DNA of 64,000 nucleotides from Veleropilina oligotropha (Eukaryota): NCBI GenBank assembly GCA_048128005.1, contig JBEUKZ010000127.1, positions 310,001 to 374,000 of the forward strand, read 5' to 3'. Shown piece by piece: positions 38,108 to 51,374 of this stretch (position 1 is its first letter; each line of letters starts with the position of its first letter). The notes under the pieces were generated by a model. It saw only the letters and a program-made list of their open reading frames with translations, ran no database searches and was not told where the DNA came from. The position numbers and the translations under genes were made by a program.

Positions 38108-38783
38108 TGTCACAAGGCTGAGGCTGAATATACCGATAGGACTTCATTTATCGGCTGCGTTCTCAGCACCTCGTAACAAGACAAAAGGATATACTATTCG
38201 GTAATGTCCGGAGAACTTCCGAGGGAGACTAATCGATCTCGCTCCACGTGTCGTCTACAACCACACACAATATACTAGTTCACTGGTGATAAGCCATTCT
38301 CAGCCAACTATCTACTCTGGTAATTCTCTGATAATGTCTAGCGTCCAACTCAGCCAACTCTGGTCATTCCAGCATTAATGACCGTTGTGATATCCATGCT
38401 AGAACGCGGTGTTATACGATAGACGTCCCCGTGACGAAACGCTATCCTGTGGAGTGGTAGAGTTACATCTCGCTGCCTGCCTTCTACTGGAAGACGAAGT
38501 CGGTTAAAGATTCTTGACTATTCATTTTAATAGAGTCCATTACAGTTGGTTACATGGTACATCGGTTATAGGATTACATAATCTAACTACACATTATATA
38601 CAATTGGATCCCCGCACTGTGACGTGCACCCTAGCTATAGCTAGGTCAGGACTGGCTTCGGAGGGCGCGCTCAACACAAAATCATTACCACTCTCTCTGG
38701 ACACACCCTCGTCTAAGCCAACAAATTATCTCACTTTGAACTCTCCCACAAAGTTTAATTTACCCTTTTAATAAACTCTTCCA
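38108..38783. mobile_element. Possible solo LTR
   Basis: TG...CA termini flanked by ATAT on both sides (38104-38107, 38784-38787); more GC-rich than flanks; no second copy in the window. Confidence 0.35.
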
Positions 38784-39590
38784 ATATTGCATCATAAACG
38801 CACGCAAAGCGACTCTGAGAATCAAATTGACCCATATGACATTGCGTCTAGCAATAACAGAATTCGGGCGTCATTTGTCATGAACTTAGAATTAATAGCC
38901 ATTAATCACTTTCGCTCGTCTAAACATTTGGGCCTTCATAAACAAACAAAATGCGACGTCGATCGTCGTTAACTTACTTCTAGCTGTTATTGATAAGATA
39001 CAATTATTACATCAGATAACTAGGTCACAATCAATCTCTTTTGGCAGTGTCATTCCGTGCACCCAGCAATAGTTCTTCTACGACAATTAGTCATTAAGTA
39101 CATAATTCCAATTTAGACATTTATAACAATATTAATAATCCATTCTTAAAATCTCAATCTTAACTCCCTAGACATCATATTGTAACAATATTGGTCGTTT
39201 GTTGCCGTATTTTCCCTTGACCGTGGCCATGTTTTTCTGATAGAGTAAATCGCATTATGGCATAGTAAAAAATATGATCCGTTTATTATCGTTTTTATTA
39301 AACACTTTGACGCTATGTAAAATGACCCGGATATATGATAAAATGGCATAACTAATACATGTATACAATGACGTTTATATTGCATAATTATGAAGACGAA
39401 TACCGCATACAATAATGTATCTGAATATAAATCAGCCTTAGCGTGCCATATAAATCCGCCGTTCGTATTGCATGGCGTATGATAATTTGCCATATCGCTT
39501 TATCTTCGTTATCAGTGTCGCTGTGATCATTGGCACGATTCTTTTATAGGTATATATGCACGAAGAAAGACAACATATTGTCAGAAAATC

Positions 39591-42228
39591 ATGAAGCTTT
39601 TGCTCTATCTTTGTATACTCGTGTCAGGTGAGAAAATAACAGCAAATGCGTAAAATGGTATGTTTTGTGTCCGATTTTGCATGTAAACATCTAGCTACAG
39701 GACCTTGGCACGCACGTGTTAAAGAGGAAAAAGAGACTAATACGAGCACAAACATTCTAAAATATGGATGTTATGCTTTAAATTTCAGACAACGGTGGAG
39801 GATTTTGTTGTAGTTATATTCTACATATTAATCGCATATCACGATTGAATTATTCTTACCAATCTAAATTGGCCAATATTTAATGGTATGTAATATATTT
39901 AATGTATGTAATATATTTGCAACAATGATTAATGGTCGCAGACAAACAGACGAGGGATATGACGGAGAAGCACTAGCGTACCTAATATACTACGATCAAA
40001 TTTCAAAGATAATATTATATCGGTATTAACGCGGGTTGGCTGTCTAGATCGAAGCTATTATATCCTTTTTATCGCGTGTTTTCTGCATGGTAATTTGTTT
40101 CACACTGGTTTACATTAATCACGATTTAAACCCGGCAAATCTTCCCTGCGCACTTTACACATATGCGATAAAGGTTTGCTTTTGTGTTATAAAAGCAGCT
40201 CAGACTCACATGGGTGGTCCCAGATTTTCGCGGAAAAATTCTCACTCATTTGAAACAGGAATTTTCCCCGTTTTATTACCGGTACATGGAAGGTATATTT
40301 GAATACATCTCTTGGATAAATCGCGATATTTTACCTGGATGTTTTTCTAGTCTGAACATGACAATAGCGGTAAATATTTTAACAAAGCGTTGCAAAATAC
40401 GATTGGACGCAAAACAGTGCACGTGCCTTTGTTCCATACAGGCTGCTGGGCGGCGGTAGATGTTCTCGATTGCTCTCATTTATGTCCGGTCACCCATTGC
40501 TTTCATTACGAACCAATGTGCGGATCGGACGGCAACAATTACGATTCACCGTGTTTGCTGCAACTTAGCAACTGCTCGTAAGTATTAGAGTACAGGAACG
40601 GGTACAATGATCATGTTTTATAACTGTTTACCCAATCCTTTTGCTTTCTTTGGCAAATAAATATGTTTAAACTAACTAGTACAATCACTAGACTCGTTGG
40701 TGCGCGCGCCTACATCCACGTACGCGCGCGGACGCACACACAAGCGCGCGCACGCACACAGGGTAACGATATTCGTCCCCTTGGTCTTGCCATCGAAATT
40801 GGTATCCTCTAGCTGATGCCGAGACAATTCGAGATAGTTAGCTGCTCCTTAAGAAGCGTGCCTATGCTCCAAGTGGAAAACATCACTGAGTAACTCATAG
40901 CCATATTAATTTTTATTACTTTTACGAATGTCCATGTAATTTGAAGAAGTAAGTTATTTACTCAGTAAGTTGTAATTCCAAACTTGCACTATTTACTTAT
41001 TTTGTACCACAGAAAGAATAAGAAAGTTACCATAATACATGCAGGCTTCTGCCACCCCGAAGAGATCAACGCTGCAGATTCGGTAAGATAATGATAATTG
41101 TATATTTATGTATGCAGCATTGTCTCGAATATGGTCCAAGGAACGGACAACACTAGAAATATCCTGGTAGGAATATTTGATCTCTTAACCACAGTTCAAC
41201 GTTTGTGTCTTGCGATATTCACTATGGATAAATTTCCATCCATTATGCAACATTAGATGAAAAACCATAGGATGCTGTGGTCAACAAATTGTTGTGACTT
41301 TTCCATTGACAACAGGCAAAGTTTTCTAATAAGGCGCATATACGTCTTGTGCATAGTTTCTTTTTGTGTAACAGTTTCAAAATAAATAAAAGGTAAAGTA
41401 AATTTTCTTTTACGGCCACTTTTTGTCAATTTTTCAGCCTTATCCGATTTAAGGTCTCATTTCGATCTGACCGACATACATTAGAGATATGCCTTCTATT
41501 AATTTTAAGCGTTATAATAAGCCACGTCGAAGCGGGGGTTTGAACTCGCATCATACCGTCCCACTTAACGTTTTTCCGACGCTCTACCAGTTGAGCTATC
41601 GAGGACAGTTTCAATATGGGAAAATCGCCAGCGCAATGCCCCAACGTTGATTGTTATAATTATAGCATACATGCTATATATTAACCAATGTGTGCGGCAT
41701 TACCTTGGCGATTGCCTTTATTTTGTTTAAAGTATGTGACGTATCGTATGACGTTAAAATGTGACATTATATATACATGTAGTTGTAAATAATGGTATTG
41801 TAGATCATAATGCAATTAGGATACAATTGAAGTATTTTTTTAAATAATTCATTAATTAATTAAAATGGACGATGGTAGTAACGACACACTCTATTGATTG
41901 TACCGAATGAAAACATTCTTTTGTGAATATTACAAATAGGGTTTCATGTTCGTACTAAAAGCATTCGAATGATTACTTATTAAGTGGTGGCGAAAGCAGC
42001 ATTCGAATGATTACTTAATAAGTGGTGGCGAACGCAGCATTCGAATGATTACATATTAAGTGGTGGCGAAAGCAGAATTTGAAGACCTTCTTTTCGCTGA
42101 TATAATAAATCAGGGTATAGGAATAAACATTTAATTCATTATATTTAGTGAAAAAAATTATTACATATATCTCTGTTTTATTCCAGTTAGCAAACAGGCT
42201 GGCGAGAATGACTAGGTGCTTGCTCTAA
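39591..42228 (+). CDS. Secreted Kazal-type protease-inhibitor-like protein A (~94 aa, 4 exons)
   Basis: Exons 39591-39627, 40442-40577, 41013-41082, 42187-42228 (phases 1,2,0) give MKLLLYLCILVSGCWAAVDVLDCSHLCPVTHCFHYEPMCGSDGNNYDSPCLLQLSNCSKNKKVTIIHAGFCHPEEINAADSLANRLARMTRCLL*. TATA-like element at ~39551. Last exon is less certain. Confidence 0.8.
41400..41608 (-). mobile_element. SINE family B copy (intron of Kazal gene A)
   Basis: Reverse complement aligns with 24614-24830. Confidence 0.75.
41961..42075. repeat. ~38-bp tandem repeat, 3 copies
   Basis: GCATTCGAATGATTAC(T/A)TA(T/A)TAAGTGGTGGCGAA(A/C)GCA x3. Confidence 0.85.
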
Positions 42229-42432
42229 GACGGCATACCAGCATCGCCGCACAGAAACCGGGCTACGCTTTCTGTCACCAATAATATTCTTGAATATATC
42301 GTGTTGTTTTATTTATTATGCCCATATTTACTCAACTTTGGTAATATTTTTTCCTTGATGTCGTTAATGAGGAAGATGTAACGAGCAAATGTTGTGTGCA
42401 GTCATTATATTCGATTTTCATTTGGTTCGATG

Positions 42433-42608
42433 TTAATTGTAGGCCTATATTACGTTAATTGTAGGCCTATATTACGTTAATTGTAGGCCTATATTACGTT
42501 AATTGTAGGCCTATATTACGTTAATTGTAGGCCTATATTACGTTAATTGTAGGCCTATATTACGTTAATTGTAGGCCTATATTACGTTAATTGTAGGCCT
42601 ATATTACG
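42433..42608. repeat. 22-bp minisatellite, 8 copies
   Basis: GTTAATTGTAGGCCTATATTAC repeated. Confidence 0.95.
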
Positions 42609-43371
42609 TGCTTAGCAACCTTCAGGTTCATACCAAGATAAGTCCATATGTTATCGCCGGATCAAGCCCATACGAATAGGAAAATCGGCTCTCACCGGCC
42701 AATCGCTGACCACTGGGACTGATAGCTGAACCCGCTGACCATTGGGACATCGCTGACCAGTGGGACTGAACAAAAATTATCCCACGACGATTCGAACCCG
42801 CTCCTTTGAGACAGACCATTACAACGGGTCATTTTCACGTTCCTCACCAATCGTCTTCCGCTGAGTTCTTGTAGTTCTTACATGACACTATGCAATAGAT
42901 AATACACTGCCATCCTAAGCGATATCTAACAAAATACCTGTTTATGGAGATATGGATATCACTGACCGTTGTCAGTGTATTATCTACCATACACAACATG
43001 AAAAGATATTGTAAATTGCAAGCTGAAACCCTTTAGAATTGCCCACCATATCGCCCCGTAGAGCATGACATGAGAGTCGACACTTTCATTGGCATCTTGC
43101 CAAATCCTTTGTCACTGACCAGCCCTTGTTACACCCCCAATAAACTTTATCTGAGTATTTTCTGGTATAGGTCAAAATCTACCTCTCGGTGTAAAGAAGC
43201 CTGAGTCTCTTATACTTCGTGTTAGATGAAAACATACCCACCATTCCAGATTATATCACCTTGAATTTAACAAATTGATCTGTATTTCAATTCACAGAGT
43301 TTCCCTCCATAATTTTTACACAACATAGAAGATCAACATCAACGACTAAGTTACGGTAACAACGCACAGTT

Positions 43372-45529
43372 CAGGCCCGTCGGAAGCAGTTTAGCATTGG
43401 TCAGGCTCAGAGCTTCCAACCTATATGAATAGCAAAGAGTGATAATCGTGAATGGCCAAAGGCCGTCATCACTGAATGCCACAATAAACAAGAGGGTCCG
43501 GGGTTGTGGACATGGGCCCACATCCCCGGGGAAATATTTGTGCCCAAAAATTTGAGAGTTTCTAAATTTATATATTCAATAATGACATCAATATAACACG
43601 TCTTCATGAAATATATATTTTCTGGTCTTAAGTTAACCAATTATCGTATCTTTAATTAATTAATACCAACGGCTATATTCCAACTTGAGTTGCATTAATA
43701 GGCTACGCATAGCCCATATATAATTTCAATCACCTCACCCAAGCTCTGAATTCATAGGTCAAGACATGATACTCAAGTTCCAAGAAATACATGATTGGAG
43801 AATATCCATATGAGTAAAGAACCTGATCACCTAAATTAGACCCTGCATAATTACGTATTTATTGAAATTATAATATCCAGTTTCTACGCCTACATGGCGC
43901 ATTTACTCTGATCAAACTGTCTCAATGCGAACCTAGATTAGCTGGCTCGAATCACTGCAGTATCGACCATATGCCGTGTCAAGTGTTTCAAAACTTTCTT
44001 GCGCTGTAGGAGCCATAAGTGTCGCAACGGTCAAAAGTTATTGCGACACTTGTTGTCGATTTCGCATATTTTTTACCATAAATGTCGTAAAATTAATATT
44101 GCGACATTTATGGCCTCGGATGTCGACATTTTGATGTCGCAATGGCAATAATCAATTTGCTTCACTACCGTATTACATATTGGCATGTTTGGCAATTGAA
44201 TTATTACTTTTGCGATAAACTGGAAAAATTCCTAGTGATATTTGAGTAAGATTTTTCTCAGTAACTAAGGACTCAGATTAAACATTGCTTTTCTGTCCGA
44301 TGGAACGATTTCTGATTATTGTACTCTACTATTGAGGTATGACATCATTGCGAAATTGAGACCCCACTTTGTCGTCTCTTTCGGTCAGAGGTTTTAGTTT
44401 AATTACAGCACCCGGCTAGTGCATGCATGATTTAACTTCATTGTGCCATGAAACAGTTTTGTCCACATCAACCACGATCCCGGGTAAATGTCGATCTGAT
44501 AAAAGGAATTTGAATGACCTCACAGCGTTGTCGGGACCATCTGTTTAACGTCACTATCCTATCAAACGGTTTTTGTCGATCCAGGTAAAACAGATTTTAT
44601 GAATAATTGATTCAGTCTTTATCCAATTAACGTTTTTGTCTACGGCTCTCTGTCATTTGGTATGGTCCCAGATTCAGCATCTCTATCTGATCAGGAGTAT
44701 TGCATCACAGAACCAGAGCTCTGTCGGGCTTAACGTCACTATTCGATGAAACGATTTCGTCCCCAACTGGCGCGACTCCGGTATAACGTCTCTATTCGAG
44801 TGACCAAGGGCGCTATCTGATGACTGATTTTGTTCGTCCATTATGCTCAACTGTGACTGTTTACTTTACGTGTCTCCAACTCACTATTGCAAGAAAATTA
44901 TTGGTCAATATTTATGGCCGTTACGACATCTATGGCTACAAGCGTCGATATTTTTCAACTCATTTTTGTTGCGACATTTATGGTCACAACTTGGCGAAAT
45001 CGATGACAATTGTCGCAATTGTGACACTTAATATGGCCGTGCGACACTTAGGCCCTATGGCTCATACAATACGCCACACCAATATCTTCACACAGCGCTC
45101 AAAGTTATTGATACGCCGTATGAAGATATTGGTGCGGCGCAAGGAAGTTTTTAAACAGTTAGCACGACATACGACCGGAACCATCGTTGTCAAAATTCGA
45201 TGTGCACAATAACACTGAACATATATAAGGCATGGTGTCTTTTCCAAATATTTTTTAAAATTGGTCACAAACTAATTAAATGTCCCATGCCGATTCCCGG
45301 CAGGCATGTGGGGGTATTAGTTACAACTAACTGCATGCAGATTAAACATGAGGAAAGTTAATTATATTGACAGCTGCAGATTTATGGTGGACAAAGCATT
45401 GCGGCCGGATATATATGGTTTTACATATGCAGTCAGTGGTAATAGAATTATATAGAAACATATTCTTGAAAACACACAAATATTGGTCAGGCCAAAGCCT
45501 TACTGGCCTGACCGCTTCCGACGGCCTTG
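43372..45529. mobile_element. hAT-like non-autonomous element containing a nested TIR element (44007-45057)
   Basis: Outer TIR CAGGCCCGTCGGAAGC / GCTTCCGACGGCCTTG; inner imperfect TIR TAGGAGCCATAAGTGTCGCAACGG / CCGTGCGACACTTAGGCCCTA. Target duplications are not clean. Confidence 0.5.
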
Positions 45530-45586
45530 CAGATAGTTTAGGCTACGCACTATTCGATTCCGCTTTACGTCTGTATTCTGATAACA

Positions 45587-45774
45587 TAATACAATGATGT
45601 TATCAGTATTGTGTGGATTCTGGCACATCGGAAACCTCGAGTGACGTCGTAGTTTTTGCGGCGGATTAATCGCGAGAACGAAGTTCGAGCGATTTATCCG
45701 CCGCAAAAACTACAACGTCACGAGTGGTTTCCGATGTGCCAGAATCCACATAATAACTGATAACATTTTTATTA
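45587..45774. repeat. ~190-bp near-perfect palindrome (hairpin element)
   Basis: GTGGATTCTGGCACATCGGAAACC...GTAGTTTTTGCGGCGGAT is mirrored by ATCCGCCGCAAAAACTAC...GGTTTCCGATGTGCCAGAATCCAC. Confidence 0.85.
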
Positions 45775-46798
45775 TATGCCACAACAAGTTTCTTATTAAA
45801 TTGAATCGAAAGATGGTAATTTTAGTCACGAATCTGTAAGGGAGGTTGAAATAGTATAGGACTATATTGGAAGTATTTATCAGCCATTTTGAATATATAA
45901 GCAGGAGACGTTTTCCTGTGAATATATAAGCAGGAGACGTTTTCTGAATCGATATCAGCTGTGTCCGTGATACATGGTCTCGGAAAACTGCGCGAGAATA
46001 GGCGTCAGAAAACGACTGGCATAAAATAATAGTAAATATGAACACATATTGAGTGAATATTGTCAATCATGATGCCAAGAAAATTCCAACAGCTTGTTTG
46101 TGAATTGTGTTGCAATGAACACGTGTTTCCACTTTGATAAAATTTATGGATACCTTAAGTTAATCATTTATTATATCCAGATCACGATTCAATGTATTCG
46201 GCACTTGAATAGTTTGTAACGGCATTTCAGCAATTGTATATTGTCGTAAACAAGGTTGCGTCATCAGCGTGTGGTGATGTATTCTAGTACAATTAATATC
46301 CGAACGGAGCTCGTCCACATCGGACAGCAATGCAGCGGGCATAGTATCTGGAAATTGATTTTGCAGTGTTGTTCTGGGAAGTCCATGCCAGCTATTCTTG
46401 CAGTTTAATTATTTTATAGATTACAAATATTCAATTTCGGAATTAAGTTCTGAAATTGAAACACAAGGTTTATCTTCTACCAAACTTTTCTATGATCTTT
46501 GATCTATCACAGCAAAGCGCGTAATATTTTCCCAGTTTCAGTGTTTTCGAAAATCGAAGAATTCACGAATAAACAAATAAATTATAATAACATCATGCCT
46601 CCCTAGTTACAATATCATTAATATTTCACATAAATATCGTTTTCTGGTTCACAAATGGCATACATATTGTAGGTATCTATGGTTGTAAATACGCGGCTTA
46701 TATTGCATGTGAGAATTTCCACATATTGCTATAACTTTGTTATCTGGATATTTATAAGGTTCTCTTATATAAATAGAGGGAAAGACAACGCTTGAACC

Positions 46799-47641
46799 AC
46801 GAAGTTCTTGATCTGCCTCTATGTACTCGTTTCAGGTGAGAACAGAAAATGTGTAAAATGTTATTTGTGCTGTGTGTCTGATTCTATAAATCGATGCAGC
46901 ACTCGCACGTATACTGTACTATTCTATCCAAGAGGAGACTCACACTAACACAGCCATTCGAATTGTAGATTATGTAGTCCCAGCTTAATGGTTCCTGTTC
47001 ACTCCCATGATGTGCACACGATATTTGCTCGGATATCCTTTAAATTATGTACAACAACACTGCGGGACTGAACTGCTAAATTATCCTTACAAGTGGCATA
47101 ACACGGTCTTACTTGAAGAAATTGATACATTTAATGGAAACTTCAGGTAAAATTAAAATCCTCTGAGATTTGTTTAACTGCACGGGTTTCTTCTACTTGA
47201 AAACAAATGAGTGATATAACCGCTTAAACTATTTGAAAAACTGTAAACTATTTTAAAATATATGATTTTAATAAACTCATTACTTATGCAAGAAAACCGC
47301 CCCGTAGTCTAACTATCAATATGGCTAGTTATATTTTATAACTTAAATAAGCCGGTAAAGAATAATTATAAAAATTGTCTTTACCAAACAGCCTCGCTGT
47401 GGCTCGGTCTGGTAATGGCTTATAACGCTCATGCTGGCAGTGTATTATCTATTACATAATATAGTTGAACTTATGTATTTTAATACCAGTACACACGTTT
47501 GTTCCAAACAAGTTGCTGTGCGGCGATAGATGTGCTGGAGTGCTCCAATTTATTTCCACTCTATCATTGATTTGATCCAATGTGCGGATCAGATGGCCTC
47601 ACATACAATTCAAAATGCATAATGCAACATAACAACTGCGC
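46799..47641 (+). pseudogene. Kazal-like paralogue B, pseudogene (exons 1-2 recognisable)
   Basis: Exon 1 (46799-46835) is homologous to gene A but starts ACG. The exon 2 acceptor is CAA instead of CAG. Exon 2 (47512-47641) reads CCAAIDVLECSNLFPLYH*FDPMCGSDGLTYNSKCIMQHNNC with TGA at 47568. Confidence 0.8.
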
Positions 47642-48534
47642 GTAAGTATTTGTTTACACACATTTTAGTATCCTTAACTGTAATACAGGAAATATTATAT
47701 ATGTAAAAAGTATGTGTTTAAAATGTATATATTAGTAGACATGTAGTAGTTATGGGTGGGTAATGCATGGGCCAGCCTATACGTTTAGTAAGTCATCACT
47801 GAAACAGTTTTCTCAACGATGTCAATCTTAACGTACCCACTAACTGTGTGCCCCAACCGTGTACCGCATGTCAGTAGTTTATACTATTATCTCTGAAGAG
47901 TATGACATCTTAATGACAGTAGCATTACTCTATATCGAATAATGTCCTTTTAAAAATAACATAATAATTAACGTGAACAATCCTATTTTGTCCTTTCATT
48001 CGTTATTGAAATGGGCATCCTAATGGCCCTGTCGAGATGATTTGAGTCAGCTTCGCTTTACTGTAAGTAGCGTACCTCATATTTATTAGGCGGATATAGG
48101 CCATGGGCCAGGTATGGTTTATCTTCACCCCCCCCCCCCCCCACAACCCTCCGACACCGTGTTTTTCTGGACCATTAGGTTCCCTGGGGTGGAAATCAAC
48201 TTGTAACAGTGAATAAACTGGGATGAACTATCCATTTGGGAGCTATATTTGATGGTACCCTCAAAATATCGATTTTTTTTCGTCGCTGTCGCGTCATATT
48301 CAACACTTGTTATTTTCAGTTTCTAAAGTGGTTAAATTGCTCCATAGCAAAACTGTATGCATCAAAAGAAAGCCTAGTCACTCAATAAAAAGCTCTGTTG
48401 CTCGAGGAAACTCTTATGTCAGTTACGGGCAGCTGAGATTGATAACTGAACAAAGAATGTTATTTCCCCAACTGAGAATCGACCTCACGCCTCTTAGTCA
48501 GAATAGTCAAGCCAGTGATTTCAGAGTACGCACC

Positions 48535-49186
48535 AGATATCACACCGGTAAAGGCCCTGCCACACAGAGATCACACTGGTAAAGGCCCTGTCACACAGAG
48601 ATCTCACCGGTAAAGGCCCTGCCACACAGAGATCACACCGGTAAAGGCCCTGCCACACCGAGATCACACCGGCAAAGGCCCTGTCACACAGAGATCACAC
48701 CAGTAAAGGCCCTGTCACACAGAGATGACACCGGTAAAGGCCCTGCCACACAGAGATCACACCGGTAAAGGCCCAGCCACACAGAGATCACACCGGTAAA
48801 GGCCCTGCCACACAGAGATCACACCGGTAAAGGCCCTGCCACACAGAGATCACACCAGTAAAGGCCCTGCCACACAGAGATCACACTGGTAAAGGCCCTG
48901 CCACACAGAGATCACACCGGTAAAGGCCCTGCCACACAGAGATCACACCAGTAAAGGCCCTGTCACACAGAGATAACACCGGTAAAGGCCCTGCCACACA
49001 TAGATCACACCGGTAAAGGCCCTGCCACACAGAGATCACACCGGTAAAGGCCCTGCCACACAGAGATCACTCCGGTAAAGGCCCTGCCACACATAGATGA
49101 CACCGGTAAAGGCCCTGTCACACAGAGATCGCACCGGTAAAGGCCCTGCCAGACAGAGATCACACCGGTAAAGGCCCTGTCACACA
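48535..49186. repeat. 31-bp minisatellite, ~21 copies
   Basis: Unit GAGATCACACCGGTAAAGGCCCTGCCACACA with minor variants. Confidence 0.95.
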
Positions 49187-49496
49187 GTAAATCAAGTCGC
49201 ATACCTCTTGATTTATAAATCAAGGTTTGCCATGTGGCACCCCGTATTAATCAAGTTGGTAAATCAAACGTAGCATGTACGCGTTAGGACATGCTCTATG
49301 CCATACTACTTGTGCCATGAGACTTTCGTTGCCAATAATCGGAAATCAGATGAAGGGAGTTCGCAGCCCATTCCACTAATAACATTACATGAGCCTAGGA
49401 TGTATTATGCTACTTGGTTTACTGTGCGCCATGACGACAAGGAACATACTACATAAGTTTCATATGACAAGTCGTATACGACTTGGTTTACTGTGG

Positions 49497-51061
49497 GGCA
49501 GGGCCTGTGCCGGAGCGGCCGTGAAGCATAAGATACAGTGTCTGTGCTGGAGCGGCCGTGAATCATAAGATACAGGGTCTGTGTTGAAGCGGTCGTGAAG
49601 CATAAAGATACAGGGCCTGTGCTGGAGCGGCCGCTAAGCATAAGATAGAGTGTCTGTGCTGGAGCGGCCGTGAAGCATAACGATACAGGGCCTGTGCCGG
49701 AGCGGCCGTGAAGCATAAGATACAGGGCCTGTGCTGGAGCGGCCGTGAAGCATAAAGATACAGGACCTGTGCCGGAGCGGCCGTGAATAATAAGATACAG
49801 GGCCTGTGCTGGAGCGGCCGTGAAGCATAAGATACAGGGCCTGTGCTGGAGCGGCCGTGAAGCATAAGATACAGGGCCTGTGCTGGAGCGGCCGTGAAGC
49901 AAAAAGATACAGGGCCTGTGCTGGAGCGGCCGTGAAGAATAAGATACAGTGCCTGTGCTGGAGCGGCGGCCGTGAAGCATAAGATACAGGGCATGTGCTG
50001 GAGCGGTCGTGAAGCATAAGATACAGGGCCTGTGCTGGAGCGGCAGTGAAGCATAGAGATACAGGGCCTGTGCTGGAGCGGCCGTGAAGCATACATATAT
50101 AGGGCCTGTGCTGGAGCGGTCGTGAAGCATAAGATACAGGGCCTGTGCTGGAGCGGCCGTGAAGCATAAGATACAGGGCCTGTGCTGGAGCGGCCGTGAA
50201 GCAAAAAGATACAGGGCATGTGCTGGAGCGGCCGTGAATAATAAGATACAGTGCCTGTGCCGGAGCGGCCGTGAAGCATAAAGATACAGGCCCTGTGCTG
50301 GAGCGGCCTTGAAGCATAAAGATACAGGACCTGTGCTGGAGCGGCCGTGAAGCTTAAGATACAGGGCCTGTGCTGGAGCGGCCGTGAAGCATAAAGATAC
50401 AGGGCCTGTGCTGGGGCGGCCGTGAAGCATAAAGATACAGGACCTGTGCTGGAGCGGCCGTGAAGCATAAGATACAGGGCCTGTGCTGGAGCGGCCGTGA
50501 AGCATAAGATACAGGGCCTGTGCTGGAGCGGCCGTGAAGCATAAATATACAGTGCCTGTGCCTGAGCGGCCATGTAGCATAACAGTGCCTGTGCTGGAGC
50601 GGCCACTTATGCTTCACGGTCGCTCGGTACATGCCCTGTATCTCTATGCTTCACGGCCGCTCCAGCATAGGCCCTGTATCTTATGCTTCACGGCCGCTCA
50701 AGCACAGGCCCTGTATCTTAGGCTTCACGGCCGCTCCAGCACAGACACTGTTATGCTACATGGCCGCTCCGGCACAGGCACTGTATATTTATGCTTCACG
50801 GCCGCTCCAGCACAGGTCCTGTATCTTTATGCTTCAAGGCCGCTCAGGCCATGTATCTTTGAAAGCATAAAGATACAGGGCCTGTGCTGGAGCGGCCGTG
50901 AAGCATAAGATACAGTGCCTGTGCTGGAGCGGCCGTGAAGCATAAAGATACAGGGCCTGTGCTGGAGCGGCCGTGAAGCATAAGATACAGGACATGTGCT
51001 GGAGCGACCGTGAAACATAAGATACAGGGCATGTACCGGAGCGGCCGTGAAGCATAAGATA
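49497..51061. repeat. GC-rich 37/38-bp minisatellite with an internal inverted block (50606-50860)
   Basis: Unit GAAGCATAA(A)GATACAGGGCCTGTGCTGGAGCGGCCGT; orientation flips at ~50606 and back at ~50861. Confidence 0.95.
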
Positions 51062-51374
51062 CTAATTATATTATATTATATCAGCTGTAAAATAGATGTA
51101 TAAATATTAATTACAACAAACCAACCAGATGACAAAATGACGCACACCGTTTGGTCCGAATTGGTATCACTATTTCATAGTCGAAATAGTGACCTGTGAA
51201 CACAATAATTATTGTGTGGATTGATTGAGTGTGAAAAATAACTTATTGCGGCCTGGCAAAGACTGGATATGCTATCTATCATGGGAACTTGTCATATTAT
51301 TGCTTGTACAATATTATTTCCTCGGTCAAGATAGTATAATATTTCAAGGTACGCAATTTCAAGTGACACTGATT

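Noticed and set aside
47568..47570. In-frame TGA at a cysteine position read as selenocysteine
   Set aside because: The same copy has also lost its start codon, a splice acceptor and another cysteine, and no SECIS was recognised; pseudogenisation is simpler.
49405..51055. Long ORFs (up to 391 aa) over the GC-rich minisatellite
   Set aside because: Several frames are open because the unit has few stops; the translations cycle through the same three peptides.
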